Assembly: GCA_026026165.1 (NCBI GenBank)
Contig: JAPEUD010000111.1
Coordinates: 1 to 51,276, forward strand
Direction of reading: 5' to 3'
Origin: Sarea resinae
Lineage: Eukaryota
Length of the DNA: 51,276 bases
Part shown: positions 39,881 to 51,030 of the stretch, piece after piece
Numbering within the stretch: position 1 is the first letter of the stretch
How the letters are laid out: each line of letters opens with the position of its first letter
The notes under the pieces: model-generated
Told to the model about the DNA's origin: nothing
The model's input: only the letters and a program-made list of their open reading frames with translations
Databases searched by the model: none
Made by a program: the position numbers and the translations under genes

Positions 39881-41722
39881 ATGTACCTAACGTTGTAAGA
39901 AGCGCTGCTATATACTATGCAAATAGGTATAATGTTAGGAGTATGCGTACAACAGATACAGTGAGACAGATACAGATAGGAATACAATACTATAGCTAGT
40001 ATATACCTATAGATACAGCGTTTAGAGCTTAGTTATACAATAAACTTTCTTATATAATTTATACATCTAATAATTAGTATTAAAAGCTTGCCTATAGTTG
40101 TTCTCTACTAGATTATTTAGTTTATCTCTTAATTAAATTACTTTTTACTACTTATCTCTAACGTTATTATTATTCTTTACAGTATTTTACTACACTACTA
40201 CTAATAAACGTGTTTACTTAGGCTCTATCTACCTCTAGACTCTAGCTAATCTATTAAAAGTTTAGGTGTGTAGAAGTATCCTACACTCTCTCTATAAAGC
40301 AGTAGAACTCTATCTCTATTAACAACTAGAGTTAAACTTAAACTCTTAAAGTACATACTTTTTTTAACAATTATAATTAGTAGAAATAATTTAGTAAGAG
40401 TAGAACTCTAGTAGTAGAGCTCTAGTTAGTTAATACTATTAAAATACTCTCTTTCTTTAGGCGTATTATATCTTCTAATCTTCTCTATTATAGTTCTATA
40501 AAGCGCGATTAATTATCTTGCGTTATAGCTGCAATATTACTATCCTTAATACTACACTAAAATTAATATAGATTCTAGTAGGAACGCTTATACAAACCTT
40601 AAGCAAACTTTAAACAATAAGGAGTAGATTTTAGTAGTTAAAGAGGTTAATTCTATCCTTAATGCTAAATTGCTAAGGATATAGATAGGAATTAATCGCC
40701 TATATAAAAATTAAGCGAATTTTAAACAACAAAGAGTAGATAGGAATTAGGATAGGAATTACCTTAGGGTTACACATTTTATTAACAATTTAGAAGATTA
40801 GAGCCTTTAACCTACTAATAAAAGTTGTAGTATTTAATGCGACAAATTAATTAGTGTTATTAGATTAATAGAATTCGATAAAAAAGTAGTTGTATTACAC
40901 TTATTACAACTCTAAGTTCTACTAACCTTAAATCTAACGCAAAATAAGAGATTATATATAGTAGGTAGTATAGGATATAAAGTAGAGATAATAGCTATCT
41001 CTAAGCAATACTAATTAATAAATAGTAGTTGTTATAGCTTATGCCTTACTATAAGAGTGTAATAGCGTGTGTAGATAGAACTATAGCTAGCGTTCTTTGT
41101 ATATATACTAGCTAGACTGCTTAGTTAGGCAATTAACCTTCTTACACTCTTTATACAAGCACTCTTGCTTATAATTAGTATTAACAGCAAGATTACTACT
41201 CTGCTATCACTACTAGCTAACTAGTTTACCTGTTAGCATGCTATTTATTTATTCTCTTACTATAAACACATGTCTCTAAATCTATAAATCTAATCTAACA
41301 CTTACTAATTAACCTAACTGTATTACAGCGGCTAAAGACACTGTCTTTCTGCTAATCTTTACCTCTTTAAGGCATTGAACTAAGCCCTAAGCGAGAATCG
41401 ACAGTGTTTTCTTAACAGTGTTTTCGCGCCTATTAAGAAACGCTCTCTGCCTACTAACCTAACTACCTTAATAGCTGCCTTAATCCTTGCCTACGCGCCT
41501 GCCCTCTGTTTGTTTAATCGCTAGCCTACTAGCGTCGATTTCCTACCCTTAGGGTTACCCTATCCCTTAGGGTTACTTAGGGTTCAAGGTATTAAGAGGT
41601 GATTGCAGCTAGCTAAGGCAGACTAACAGCGCACTTTGCCTCTAGCGCTTGCGCAGCGCTCTAAGGAAAGGAGAAGGCTTGCTTGTGTCTGATCTACTAG
41701 CCGCTGTTTAAAGATTAAAAAA

Positions 41723-41741
41723 CTTCTAGACAGTCTAGAAG
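41723..41741. repeat. 19-bp palindrome, copy 1 (CTTCTAGAC-A-GTCTAGAAG)
   Basis: Perfect 9-bp inverted arms around a 1-bp centre. Confidence 0.9.
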
Positions 41742-41910
41742 AAAAAGCTCTCTATATACATATACACTGCGCCTGCCTAGCCTGCTAGCTATTTAGCTAG
41801 CCTAGCTAGCGAAATCTACTAGGAGAGTTTAAGCGTCACTTAGGGTTAAAAGAGGATCAAGAGGTTATTACAGTGAGCTAAGGCATGCTAACTGCGCACT
41901 TCGCCTGCAG

Positions 41911-42255
41911 CGGCGCTGCCGCCGCCCTTAATAACTAGCAGCAGCAGCCGCAGCAGGCGGCGTAAGAACAAGAGCAATAAGAGCAGCAAGAGAAGCAAGA
42001 GGAGCAGCAAGAGAGATTAGGATTGCAATCGTTATTATTCTACTATAAGCTAAACTATTAGGTCCTAATCTGCTGTCAATATAGCTATGCCCTTTAAAAT
42101 ATAGACTGCTACTTAAAGGACAGTTATACAATGCTAGCTAAGGAGCGACGTCTGCTTAGAGCGCAGTATTAAGGCTGCAGCCTACTTAATCTGTATGCTG
42201 TGCCTTTGCCACTGCTAAATTGCCCTGCATTTCCTGCTCTAGAGGCACCTACCTA
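41911..42255 (+). pseudogene. RIP-mutated exon encoding a Q/E-rich tract and a DUF3505(OrsD)-like zinc-binding half module
   Basis: Follows GCTAAC...CTGCAG (intron 3' end at 41910). Frame +2 reads ...LFYYKLNY*VLICCQYSYAL*NIDCYLKDSY...PLPLLNCPAFPALEAP, which aligns with the N-terminus of the TLH frame. Confidence 0.55.
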
Positions 42256-44546
42256 ACCGCATTGCAGGCTAGAATCCTACTACAATTCCACAGTACGTAC
42301 TCCTACTGCTAGGCGCGCGACCGCGCTAGATTAGTTGCTAGGCGGCAGAACCCACTAGGATTCTAGCAGTTGAATTCCACCAGCCTACCACGCCCTAGAA
42401 AACCCCTTTCTAAGCCTCTACCTTGCTATCGCTACCACTCTGCCGACCTGATCGCACACGACTGCCACCCTTAAAACGTCCTTGTAGCTCTTTAGAGACG
42501 CCGTCGTTGATTTAGGGTTAGGTGGCCTTAGTTAGGGTTAAGTTAGGGCTACTTTTGACGACGTACCTACTAGGCAGGCGCGCGCCGCCCACGACTGACC
42601 AAGCTATTCAAGCAGGCCAGAACGCAAAGCAAGCAAGGGTAGATTCTAACTCTACACTACACTAGAAGGACCTTTATCTATCCTAGAAGGGAAGAGAGGC
42701 AAGTGCAACGATTAAGGAGAGAGGGCCTATCTTATCAGATAGAAGAACGTAAAGGAAGAATCTAAATAGTGGAACTAATTGCTGCGCTAGACTAGCTCTT
42801 ATACAGGGCTGATTATTAGGTGCTCCTCTGCACCTAGCACTATACCGCGGTGCGCAACCTTAGCTAGCATCTTAAGCATCGGCATAGGCTGTCTGCCTGC
42901 TAGCGCTAGCCTATTAAAGCGGCATTACATAAGCAAGTCTAGCTGCTGCTAGCAGAGGTGCGCATCCCCTCTTTAGGTATTCCGCTATTTGCTGAGCTTA
43001 GGAGACTGCTTAATGCCTTTCAATGCTAGGAATGTGATTATATCTCGATTAATTGTAAGGGCATTCGCTAGCATTGCAATCGACAGCATCAATAGTATGT
43101 GACTAAGGGTGAGACTAAACATTGGTCGCCTATAAAGGTGCAAACCTTTTTCTGTAGGCGAGGCCTAGAGCGCTATTTTGTGGTGGCCTAGGCTAAGCAT
43201 GACGATCCTGCGTCAACAAACAGTAGAGGGCCACTTGCACAGACTAGAATAGATAGAGATCTAGCTGTAGACAACTAGCTCGAGCAAGAATTAAGCTCGC
43301 AGATCTAGCGCGAATTTAGTGCCTAGCAGGCCGCGTAGGAGCAGAGGCAGGCGCACTTTGAGAGCGAGGTGCAGAAGACTAATCAGACAGGCTAGTTCAA
43401 CCAGACTGGTTAGCCGACCCACCTACAACGTTAAAACCTCGAACACCTTCTCTATGCTAGCCAACTGCCTAATAACTAGCCGCGACATAGGCGGCGGCGG
43501 CAGCGGCCCCTGCTAGAGGATAGGTTGGACTGCATCATGAGCCAGGCGGCTAAGGTCACCTGACTTATGATTGAGCGCTGCGTGGCTGGGCTCGCAACCC
43601 TACCTCTTGAGCTCTGCCGCTGGCTGCGCAGTGAGAAGCGCACTAAGGTCTATCAGAAGCCATTAGGTCAGCTGCAGACCCTTGAGGCTCAGGTGCGCTA
43701 TGCCAACTATTAGGCGCGTCTGATCTGCTATTGCCTGCGTGTCTTCGCCTACCGCACCTTCGCGGCGGCCGATGCACCCCTGGACGCGCGGCTGCAAGAT
43801 GCTGACGAATTGCTGCATCTGACAGCAGAGCAGAACGAGCGCTTGCAGGCTGTCTGGGAGTCGCTCGAGCTGGATAGCGACGAGGCCTCGCAGGTCGACT
43901 AAGTGCTAGCCTTCTTGCAGGCGCTGATCTTTCACCTACTGCTAGTGGACCCCTTTGACAGCGCGCTGATCCACTTCCTCGCGGTGCTTAGCATCGACTC
44001 TAATACCAATCAGCTGCACACAGCGACAGGCTACTCCTACTAGCTAGCTAGGGTGGTCTACTACGTGCAGGTGATTAGGGTCGAGGCGCTCCTGCTAGCG
44101 GCTAGGCGCGAGCAGCAGGGCTAGGCCAAGCGAAAACGCTTCCTAACCTAGCGCAAGAAGTTCCTCGCTAATAGCTCGCTGAGCCTGATAAGCACAATAA
44201 TCAGTCTGCTAGCATACAGCAAGTACATCGGCACGCGGGAGCCTAGCACAGCGACGACGAGTTAGGCCTAGGATAGTGCTCTGTCGCTGCGCTTCTGTGG
44301 CAAGCCGATTGTGATCGCCTACTTCTGGCAGATAGCGCACTAGGTTATTGAGGCGGCTAAGGCTATCCTCTAGCAGGAGCTTATGTGGTGCGGTAAGGCG
44401 AAGGACTGCTTCATAGTCGACCTCGCTGGCATCAAAGACGACATAGCTTTCACTAAGCAGGATTAGTCCTTCCTTAGCAACCTGGCTAACCAGCTCAATC
44501 AGGGGCTCTCCTAGATAGTGGCGCGGGTGGTGCGCATAGCCTAGAA

Positions 44547-44565
44547 CTTCTAGACAGTCTAGAAG
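44547..44565. repeat. 19-bp palindrome, copy 2 (CTTCTAGAC-A-GTCTAGAAG), inside the TLH frame
   Basis: Identical to copy 1, with the same AA flank on the left and AAA flank on the right. Confidence 0.9.
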
Positions 44566-45429
44566 AAAGAAAGAGAAAGAAGACCCCTCTGACAGCGCGA
44601 CAGCACTGGCTAGGAACCTGGCCTAGTCAAGGACTACTGCTAGCAGGTGCAGGCCTTTCTTAAGCTGCTCCTCTTTAGCTGCCATGTGACTAGGGGCTAG
44701 CCTAGCTGTGGCACAGAGGAGTTGTCGGTCTGGCATCGCAACAGCCTGCTGCAGGATCGCAATGTCTACGTGGTGGATAGATCAGTGGTGCTAGTGACCC
44801 GCTACTATAAGAGCTAGGCCTAGTACAATACACCTAAGGTGGTGCCGCGCTTTCTGCTCTAGCGAGTCAGCTAGCTCATAGTTGTCTACCTAGCCTACGT
44901 GCGGCCGTTCTACAGCCACCTGCAGACGGCTGTTAGGATTAGTAGAGGGCTCGACAATGAATTCATCTAGGGGACAGCTAAAGGGCAGCCGTGGCCGACA
45001 GAGCAGCTGACCTAAGTCATTAGCTAGGAGACAGCCACGCGGTTAAAATGTCGGCTGACCACGCTAGACTACTAACATGTAGCTATCACTATCGGCTAGG
45101 AATTCGTGGGCTAGGAATTCGCCGCGAGAGAGGAGCGAGCCCTGCATAGAGAGGACAAGGCTAAGGACGTAGAGGAGCTGCAGTTAGAGCAGGAGGACAA
45201 ACTTGAGCTCTAGACCAGGCACACTACCGCCACAGGGCAGACTCGCTATAGGGTCTCTAGGGATATCGTCTGCAATCTCAGCGCCTGCTCCCTTAAGGTG
45301 TTTAGCCAGGTCAGTTAGGCGTGGCATGCATTCCTGCAGCTTGACAGCGGTAGGAGCCTAGCCGCTCTAAGGGATTAGAGAGAGTCTGAGCCTGAGCTAA
45401 AGCGAAAGCTAAAGCCAAAGCAGAAGTAG

Positions 45430-45471
45430 GAGGAGGAGGAGGAGGAGGAGGAGGAGGAGGAGGAGGAGGAG
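45430..45471 (+). repeat. (GAG)14 trinucleotide run, poly-Glu linker in the TLH frame
   Basis: Read directly; in frame +1 between the recombinase-like and helicase domains. Confidence 0.95.
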
Positions 45472-47442
45472 GAAGCGCTAAAAGAAGAGGAAGACTAAGA
45501 AGAAAGAGAAGAAACAAGAGTGCTAGTGGTTAGCTGTGGCCGCTGCAAGCGGTTTCAGCTGCTGGCAGACGACAATAGTTTGAGGCAGGAGATCGATGTC
45601 GACTCAGACAAGGTGGTTGCTAGCATGCAGCAAGTGCTGCAGTGTAGTCGAGTGGAGTTTAAATCGGCTGAGCAGCGAGTGGCATTGCAAGCGATCTTGC
45701 AGCACAAGACCGCGACTGTAGTAGTGCTGCCTACTAGAGGTAGGAAGAGCTTGCTGTTCATGCTACCTGCTTGGCTCAAGCAACAGCGGCAGGAGAGAGG
45801 GCAGCAAGGGCCGCGGGTGACAGTGGTAGTGGTGCTGTTCTGTGCCCTAGTGAACGATCTAGTAGGCTGGTTGCAGCAGGTCAGCATCAACAGTCTTGAG
45901 TAGAAGCACAGCGATAGCAGCTTCGCTGCAGTAGTAGTGGTCAGCGCTGATCTCGCTAGTGGGTCGGGTTTCTTAACGTACGCCACTGCGCTGCAGCGCT
46001 ACAGTCTGCTACAGCAGATCGTTGTAGACGAGTGTCATCTAACGTTCACAGCCAACGATTACTGGCCGCGGCTCAACGATCTCAAGCATCTGCAGACAAT
46101 GATGTGCCTGATGATACTCCTAACCGCGACTCTACCGCCGGCTCTTAAGCGGGAGCTGGCCGACAGCATGCTGATGCTGATAGCGCAGTGCATCTAGGCC
46201 CGCACGATCCGACCACAGACCCGCTATCTGGTGGTGCAGTGCGAAGATAGCTAGCTGCTTGAGAGCGCGGTGCATCTCTGCTGACAGCAGCTGCAGCAGC
46301 GACTGCAGCGGCAAGGAAAAGGGGTGGTCTACTGCCGAACGCAGGCGGCATGCGAGGCATTAGCTGACACGCTATAGTGCGGCTACTATCACTCGACGTC
46401 AGAGGACAAGGAGCGCTAGCTTAGGCGGTGGATATCTAAAGGGGGCTAGATCGTCGCCACAGGCGCGCTTGGCACCAGGGTCGACTACAGCGGGATCTTA
46501 ATGACAGTGCATGTAGGCGTGCTGTATAGGATGATCGACTTCGCGCAGGAGTCTAGGCAGGCCAGACAGGGTGGCGAGGACGTGGATGCAGTCGTGCTTG
46601 TAGAAGCTAGCGAGCTTAGGGGACTAGTGCAACTGCAGCGGTAGGGTAGCGGCGGGTCGGCGGCAGCGGCTGTCGTAGAGCGTACTGTGGACCAGCAGGC
46701 GATGTAGGAATTCATGACGACTTAGGGCTGCTAGCGGCAGATCATGAGCGGCTATCTAGACAGAAAGGGGGTCTGGTGTAGGGAGGTCGATCAGGGCAGG
46801 GCGGCACAGTGCGATCGATGTAGAGAGGGCTTGACTGAGTGGCAGACTAGCTAGGCCGAAGGGGAGCGGCAGCGGGCTATAGTTAAGGAGGCACTCGACT
46901 AGCTCAAGGGGCGGTGCGCTGTCTGCTAGGTAGTAGAGGGGCTTAAGGAAGGGGTTAGGCAGGCGGAGCGGTAGGAGCATAGCTGGCACTAATGCCTGCA
47001 GCGGGGCGCACTGAGCAAGCAGGCTGTGGATAGCTTCCGACAGAAAATCTGGTTCTGAGAGGACTTGCAGGAGAAGACACACAGCTGCTTTCGATGTGGC
47101 ATCAGTCAGCGGTATTGCCAGACTAGGACTGACACTTAGGCCGGCTGTCAGTGGCCGAATCGACTGGTGCTGATCGTGCAGACAGTGGCAGCAGAGGCAA
47201 GAGGCGGCGCCAAAGGGTGGGAACTGATCCAGAAGGTCGGATTTCTTAGGGAGCAAGGGGACATAGAAGGATACAGCAAGTGGCTTAGGCAACGGCACAT
47301 CTGGCGGGTGTAGGGAGAGTGGATTAGTAACGCGATAGTGGTGATGATCGAAGTGATTCTGTCTCTTCAGAGAGAGCTGGCGAGAACTTAGACGTCGCTC
47401 TCAAGGCAGTTTAAAGTCTAATACAGCGGTTAGAAGATGAAA

Positions 47443-47461
47443 CTTCTGGACTGTCTAGAAG
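47443..47461. repeat. 19-bp palindrome, copy 3 (CTTCTGGAC-T-GTCTAGAAG)
   Basis: Two differences from copy 1; shares the wider context AAGAT..AAA[site]AAA(A/G)GCT with copy 1. Confidence 0.88.
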
Positions 47462-47490
47462 AAAAGGCTTTAGGTTAGAGCAATAGAGTA

Positions 47491-48529
47491 GTGGTCAACC
47501 CGTGGTCAACCTGTGGTCAATCCGTTTAAACACCTGTTTAAATACCGGTGGGCAACCCGCCTGGTAGGCAACCCGCCTGGTGGGTAACCGGTGGGCAACC
47601 CAGTGGGTAACTAGTGGGCAACCTGGTGGGCAACCCGGTAGGCAACCTGTGGGCAACCCGCCTGGTGGGTAACCCGCCTAGTGGGCAACCCGTGGGTAAC
47701 CTGTGGGCAACCCGTGGGCAGCCCGGTGAGCAACCCGGTGGGCAACCCGGTGGGCAACCCGTGGGCAACCCGCCCGGTGGGTAACCCGCCCAGTGGGCAA
47801 CCCGTGGGTAACCTGTGGGCAACCCGTGGGCAGCCCGGTGGGTAACCCGTGGGCAACCCGTGGGCAGCCCGGTGAGCAACCCGTGGGCAGCCTGGTGGGC
47901 AGCCTGGTGGTCAACCCGTGGGTAACCCGTGGGCAACCCGTGGGCAGCCCGGTGAGCAACCCGGTGGGCAACCCGGTGGGCAACCCGTGGGCAACCCGCC
48001 CGGTGGGTAACCCGCCTAGTGGGCAACCTGTGGGTAACCTGTGGGCAACCCGTGGGCAGCCCGGTGGGTAACCCGTGGGCAACCCGTGGGCAGCCCGGTG
48101 AGCAACCCGTGGGCAGCCCGGTGGGCAGCCTGGTGGTCAACCCGTGGGTAACCCGTGGGCAACCTGTGGGCAGCCTGGTGAGCAACCTGGTGGGCAACCC
48201 GTGGGCAGCCTGGTGAGCAACCCGGTGGGCAACCTGGTGGGCAACCTGTGGGCAACCCGCCCGGTGGGTAACCCGCCTAGTGGGCAACCCGTGGGTAACC
48301 CGTGGGCAACCCGTGGGCAGCCCGGTGGGTAACCCGTGGGCAACCCGTGGGCAGCCCAGTGAGCAACCCAGTGGGCAACCCGTGGGCAGCCCGGTGAGCA
48401 ACCTGGTGGGCAACCCAGTAGGCAACCTGTGGGCAACCCGCCTGGTAGGTAACCCGCCTAGTAGGCAACCCGTGGGTAACCCGTGGGCAGCCCGGTGGGC
48501 AACCCGTTTGAACACCCGTTTAGACACCG
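47491..48529. repeat. GC-rich helicase-associated tandem array of 11-12-bp modules (GTGGGCAACCC / GTGGGTAACCC / GTGGGCAGCCC / GGTGAGCAACCC)
   Basis: About 1 kb of head-to-tail modules with irregular higher-order blocks (CGCCCGGTGGGTAACCCGCC-type anchors near 47659, 47771, 47997, 48258 and 48439). Confidence 0.97.
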
Positions 48530-49249
48530 TTAGGCAGCCTGTTTCAAAGCCCGTTTAAAAGCCTAGTGGTTAAAACCCAGCGGGCAAGCCGTTAGAAAAG
48601 CCGTTAGTCAACCCGTTAATTAGTTAGTCAATTGAGTATTTAAATTGTGAACCCGTTAATTAGTTAGTTAGTTAGTCAAGCCGTTAACCCGCGGAAGCCG
48701 TAGGGTGCCTGTTTAGCGGCAGAGAGTTTATAGTGGATTTTACATGTCAGACCCGAAACATCGGGTGAGAAGATTCAAATGCAAGTAGAAGAGTAAAGAT
48801 GGTTTGATTAAAGAGGTGTATTATAATGGATTGCGCAAAAGGAGAGAAAAGAGTTATTCGATTTTAATCGAAATACAACAAAAATAATGACAATATTAAA
48901 GAGAGAGGTAAAGAGATACATATAAAAGATACATTTCAGAAATAATATTATAGATTATTTACAAGATACAGATAGATTATAGAAGGTAGAATGATTAGTA
49001 ATAGAGGTAGTAGAGATATTTCAAGCGGTTAAAATCAAGGAAATAAAGGAGATTACATATAAAGTAGGAGTGTAAAGCAATAGAGTTAGGCTTGAGTTTA
49101 GGGTTGTAGAATAGTGTACAAGTTTAAAGGGGTAGTAAAGGGTAAGGTTTTATAGTAGTAGCGAAGAGAATAGAATGCAAGTAGTAGAAGAGAGTAAAGG
49201 TTAAAGGGGTAGAAAATAGAGTGAGATTTAAGTAGTAGAGAGAGTGAGA

Positions 49250-51030
49250 GTTTAAGATTAAGGTAAGAAGAGAGGTTTAGGATTAAGTTAGTAAGATCGA
49301 GTTCGAGTTTAATGCAGTAGAAAAGGGTTTAGGTTTAAGGTAGTAGGAGAGGGTTTGAGTTTGAGGCAGTAGGAAAGGGTTTAGGTTTAAGGTAGGAGGA
49401 GAGGGTTTAGGTTTAAGGCAGTAGGAAAGGGCGAGGGTTTAAGGTAGGAGGAGAGAGTTTAGGTTTAAGGCAGTAGGAAAGGGTTTAGGTTTGAGTTTCA
49501 AGCAGTAGGAGAGGGGTTAGGTTTAAGGCAGTAGGAGATAGTTTAGGTTTAAGGCAGTAGGAAAGGGTTTAGGTTTAAGGCAGTAGGAGAGGGTTTAGGT
49601 TTAAGGCAGTAGGAGAGGGTTTGAGTTTGAGGTAGGAGGAGAGGGTTCAGGTTTCAGGCAGTAGGAAAGGGTTTGAGTTTTAGGCAGTAGGAAAGGGTTT
49701 AGGTTCGAGGTAGTAGGAGAGGGTTTAGGTTTAAGGCAGTAGGAAAGGGCGAGGGTTTAAGGTAGGAGGAGAGGGTTTAGGTTTGAGGTAGTAGGAGAGG
49801 GTTTAGGTTTAAGGCGGTAGGAAAGGGTTCGGATTCAAGGCAGTAGGAGAGGGTTTGGGTTTCAAGCAGTAGGAAAGGGTTTGAGTTTAAGGCAGTAGGA
49901 AAGGGTTTAGGTTTAAGGCAGTAGGAGAGGGTTTAGGTTCGAGGCAGTAGGAAAGGGCGAGGGTTTAGGGTAGTAAGAGAGGGTTTAGGTTTAGCAGTAG
50001 GAGAGGGTTAGGTTTAAGGCAGTAGGAAAGGGTTTAGGTTTAAGGCAGTAGGAAAGGGTTTAGGTTTAAGGCAGTAGGAAAGGGTTAGGGTTCGAGGCAG
50101 TAGGAAAGGGCGAGGGTTTAAGGTAGAAGAAGAGGGTTTAGGTTCGAGGCAGTAGAGAAGAGCAAGGGTTTAAGGTAGGAGGAGAGGGTTTAGGTTTAAG
50201 GTAGTAGGAGAGAGTTTAGGTTTAAGGCAGTAGGAAAGGGTTCAGATTTAAGGCAGTAGAGAAGGGCAAGGGTTTAAGGTAGGAGGAGAGGGTTTAGGTT
50301 TAAGGTAGTAGGAGAGAGTTTAGGTTTAAGGCAGTAGGAAAGGGTTTAGATTTAAGGCAGTAGGAGAGGGTTCGGGTTTTAAGCAGTAGGAAAGGGTTCG
50401 AGTTTAAGGCAGTAGGAAAGGGTTTAGGTTTAAGGCAGTAGGAGAGGGTTTAGGTTTAAGGCAGTAGGAAAAGGCAAGGGTTTAAGGTAGGAGGAGAGGG
50501 TTTAGGTTTAAGGCAGTAGAGAAGGGTTTAGGTTTGAGGCGGTAGGAAAGGGCAAGGGTTTAGGTTAAAGGCAGTAGGAAAGGGCGAGGGTTTAGGTTAA
50601 AGGCAGTGGGAAAGGGCAAGGGTTTAAGGTAAGAGGAGAGGGTTTAGGTTCGAGGCAGTAGGAAAGGGCAAGGGTTTAAGGTAGGAGGAGAGAGTTTAGA
50701 ATTAAGGCAGTAGGAAAGGGTTTAGGTTTGAGGCAGTAGGAAAGGGCGAGGGTTTAGGGTAGAAGGAGAGGGTTAGGTTTGAGGCAGTAGGAAAGGGTTT
50801 AGGTTTAAGGCAGTAGGAAAGGGTTTAGGTTTAGGGTAGAAAGAGAGGGTTTAGGTTTAAGGCAGTAGGAAAGGGGTTAGGTTTGAGGCAGTGGGAAAGG
50901 GGTTAGGTTTAAGGTAGTAAGAGAGGGTTTAGGGTTAAGGCAGTAGGAAAAGAGTTAGGGTACAAAGCAGTGAGAGAGGGTTTAGGTTCGACGCAGTAGG
51001 AAAGGGCAAGGGTTCAAGGTAGTAGGAAAG
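49250..51030 (+). repeat. Telomere-adjacent 26-bp satellite, consensus GGGTTTAGGTTTAAGGCAGTAGGAAA
   Basis: Period 26 is clear at 50041-50080; dozens of degenerate copies; the + strand is strongly G-rich and C-poor. Confidence 0.95.

Larger units (their letters stand above)
42740..47391 (+). pseudogene. Telomere-linked RecQ helicase (TLH) pseudogene: DUF3505-like Zn fingers, tyrosine-recombinase-like domain, poly-Glu linker, RecQ helicase and C-terminal Cys/His motifs
   Basis: All sampled motifs fall in frame +1 with many TAG/TAA stops. N-terminus VLLC..H..HL..H, C..C..HC..H, VQTFF..RYFVV. Helicase: LPTRGRKSLLF (45727-45759), VDECH (46024-46038), LTATLPP, GVVYCR, YYH, VATGALGT.VD, FAQES..A..GG, C.R.IMSGYLD..CDRC. 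True start and stop are approximate. Confidence 0.9.
39900..47490. other. RIP-degraded subtelomeric domain
   Basis: Sharp switch to TpA/TAG-rich sequence just after 39880. Very AT-rich to ~41300, then recognisable coding sequence riddled with TAG/TAA. Confidence 0.9.

Noticed and set aside
39960..41300. Possible coding or transposon relic in the most AT-rich RIP zone
   Set aside because: Too degraded to assign by eye; only short direct repeats are visible (e.g. ~40599-40629 versus ~40711-40741).
45311..45517. Minus-strand signal-peptide-like poly-Pro ORF
   Set aside because: Reverse complement of the (GAG)14 and purine-rich linker of the TLH frame.
47538..48558. ORFs of up to 329 aa (LPTG/CPRV/GNPW repeats)
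   Set aside because: They are translations of the stop-poor tandem array in several frames on both strands, with no coding signature.
47491..51030. CRISPR-like array
   Set aside because: Repeats are head-to-tail without unique spacers, there are no cas genes, and the context is eukaryotic.
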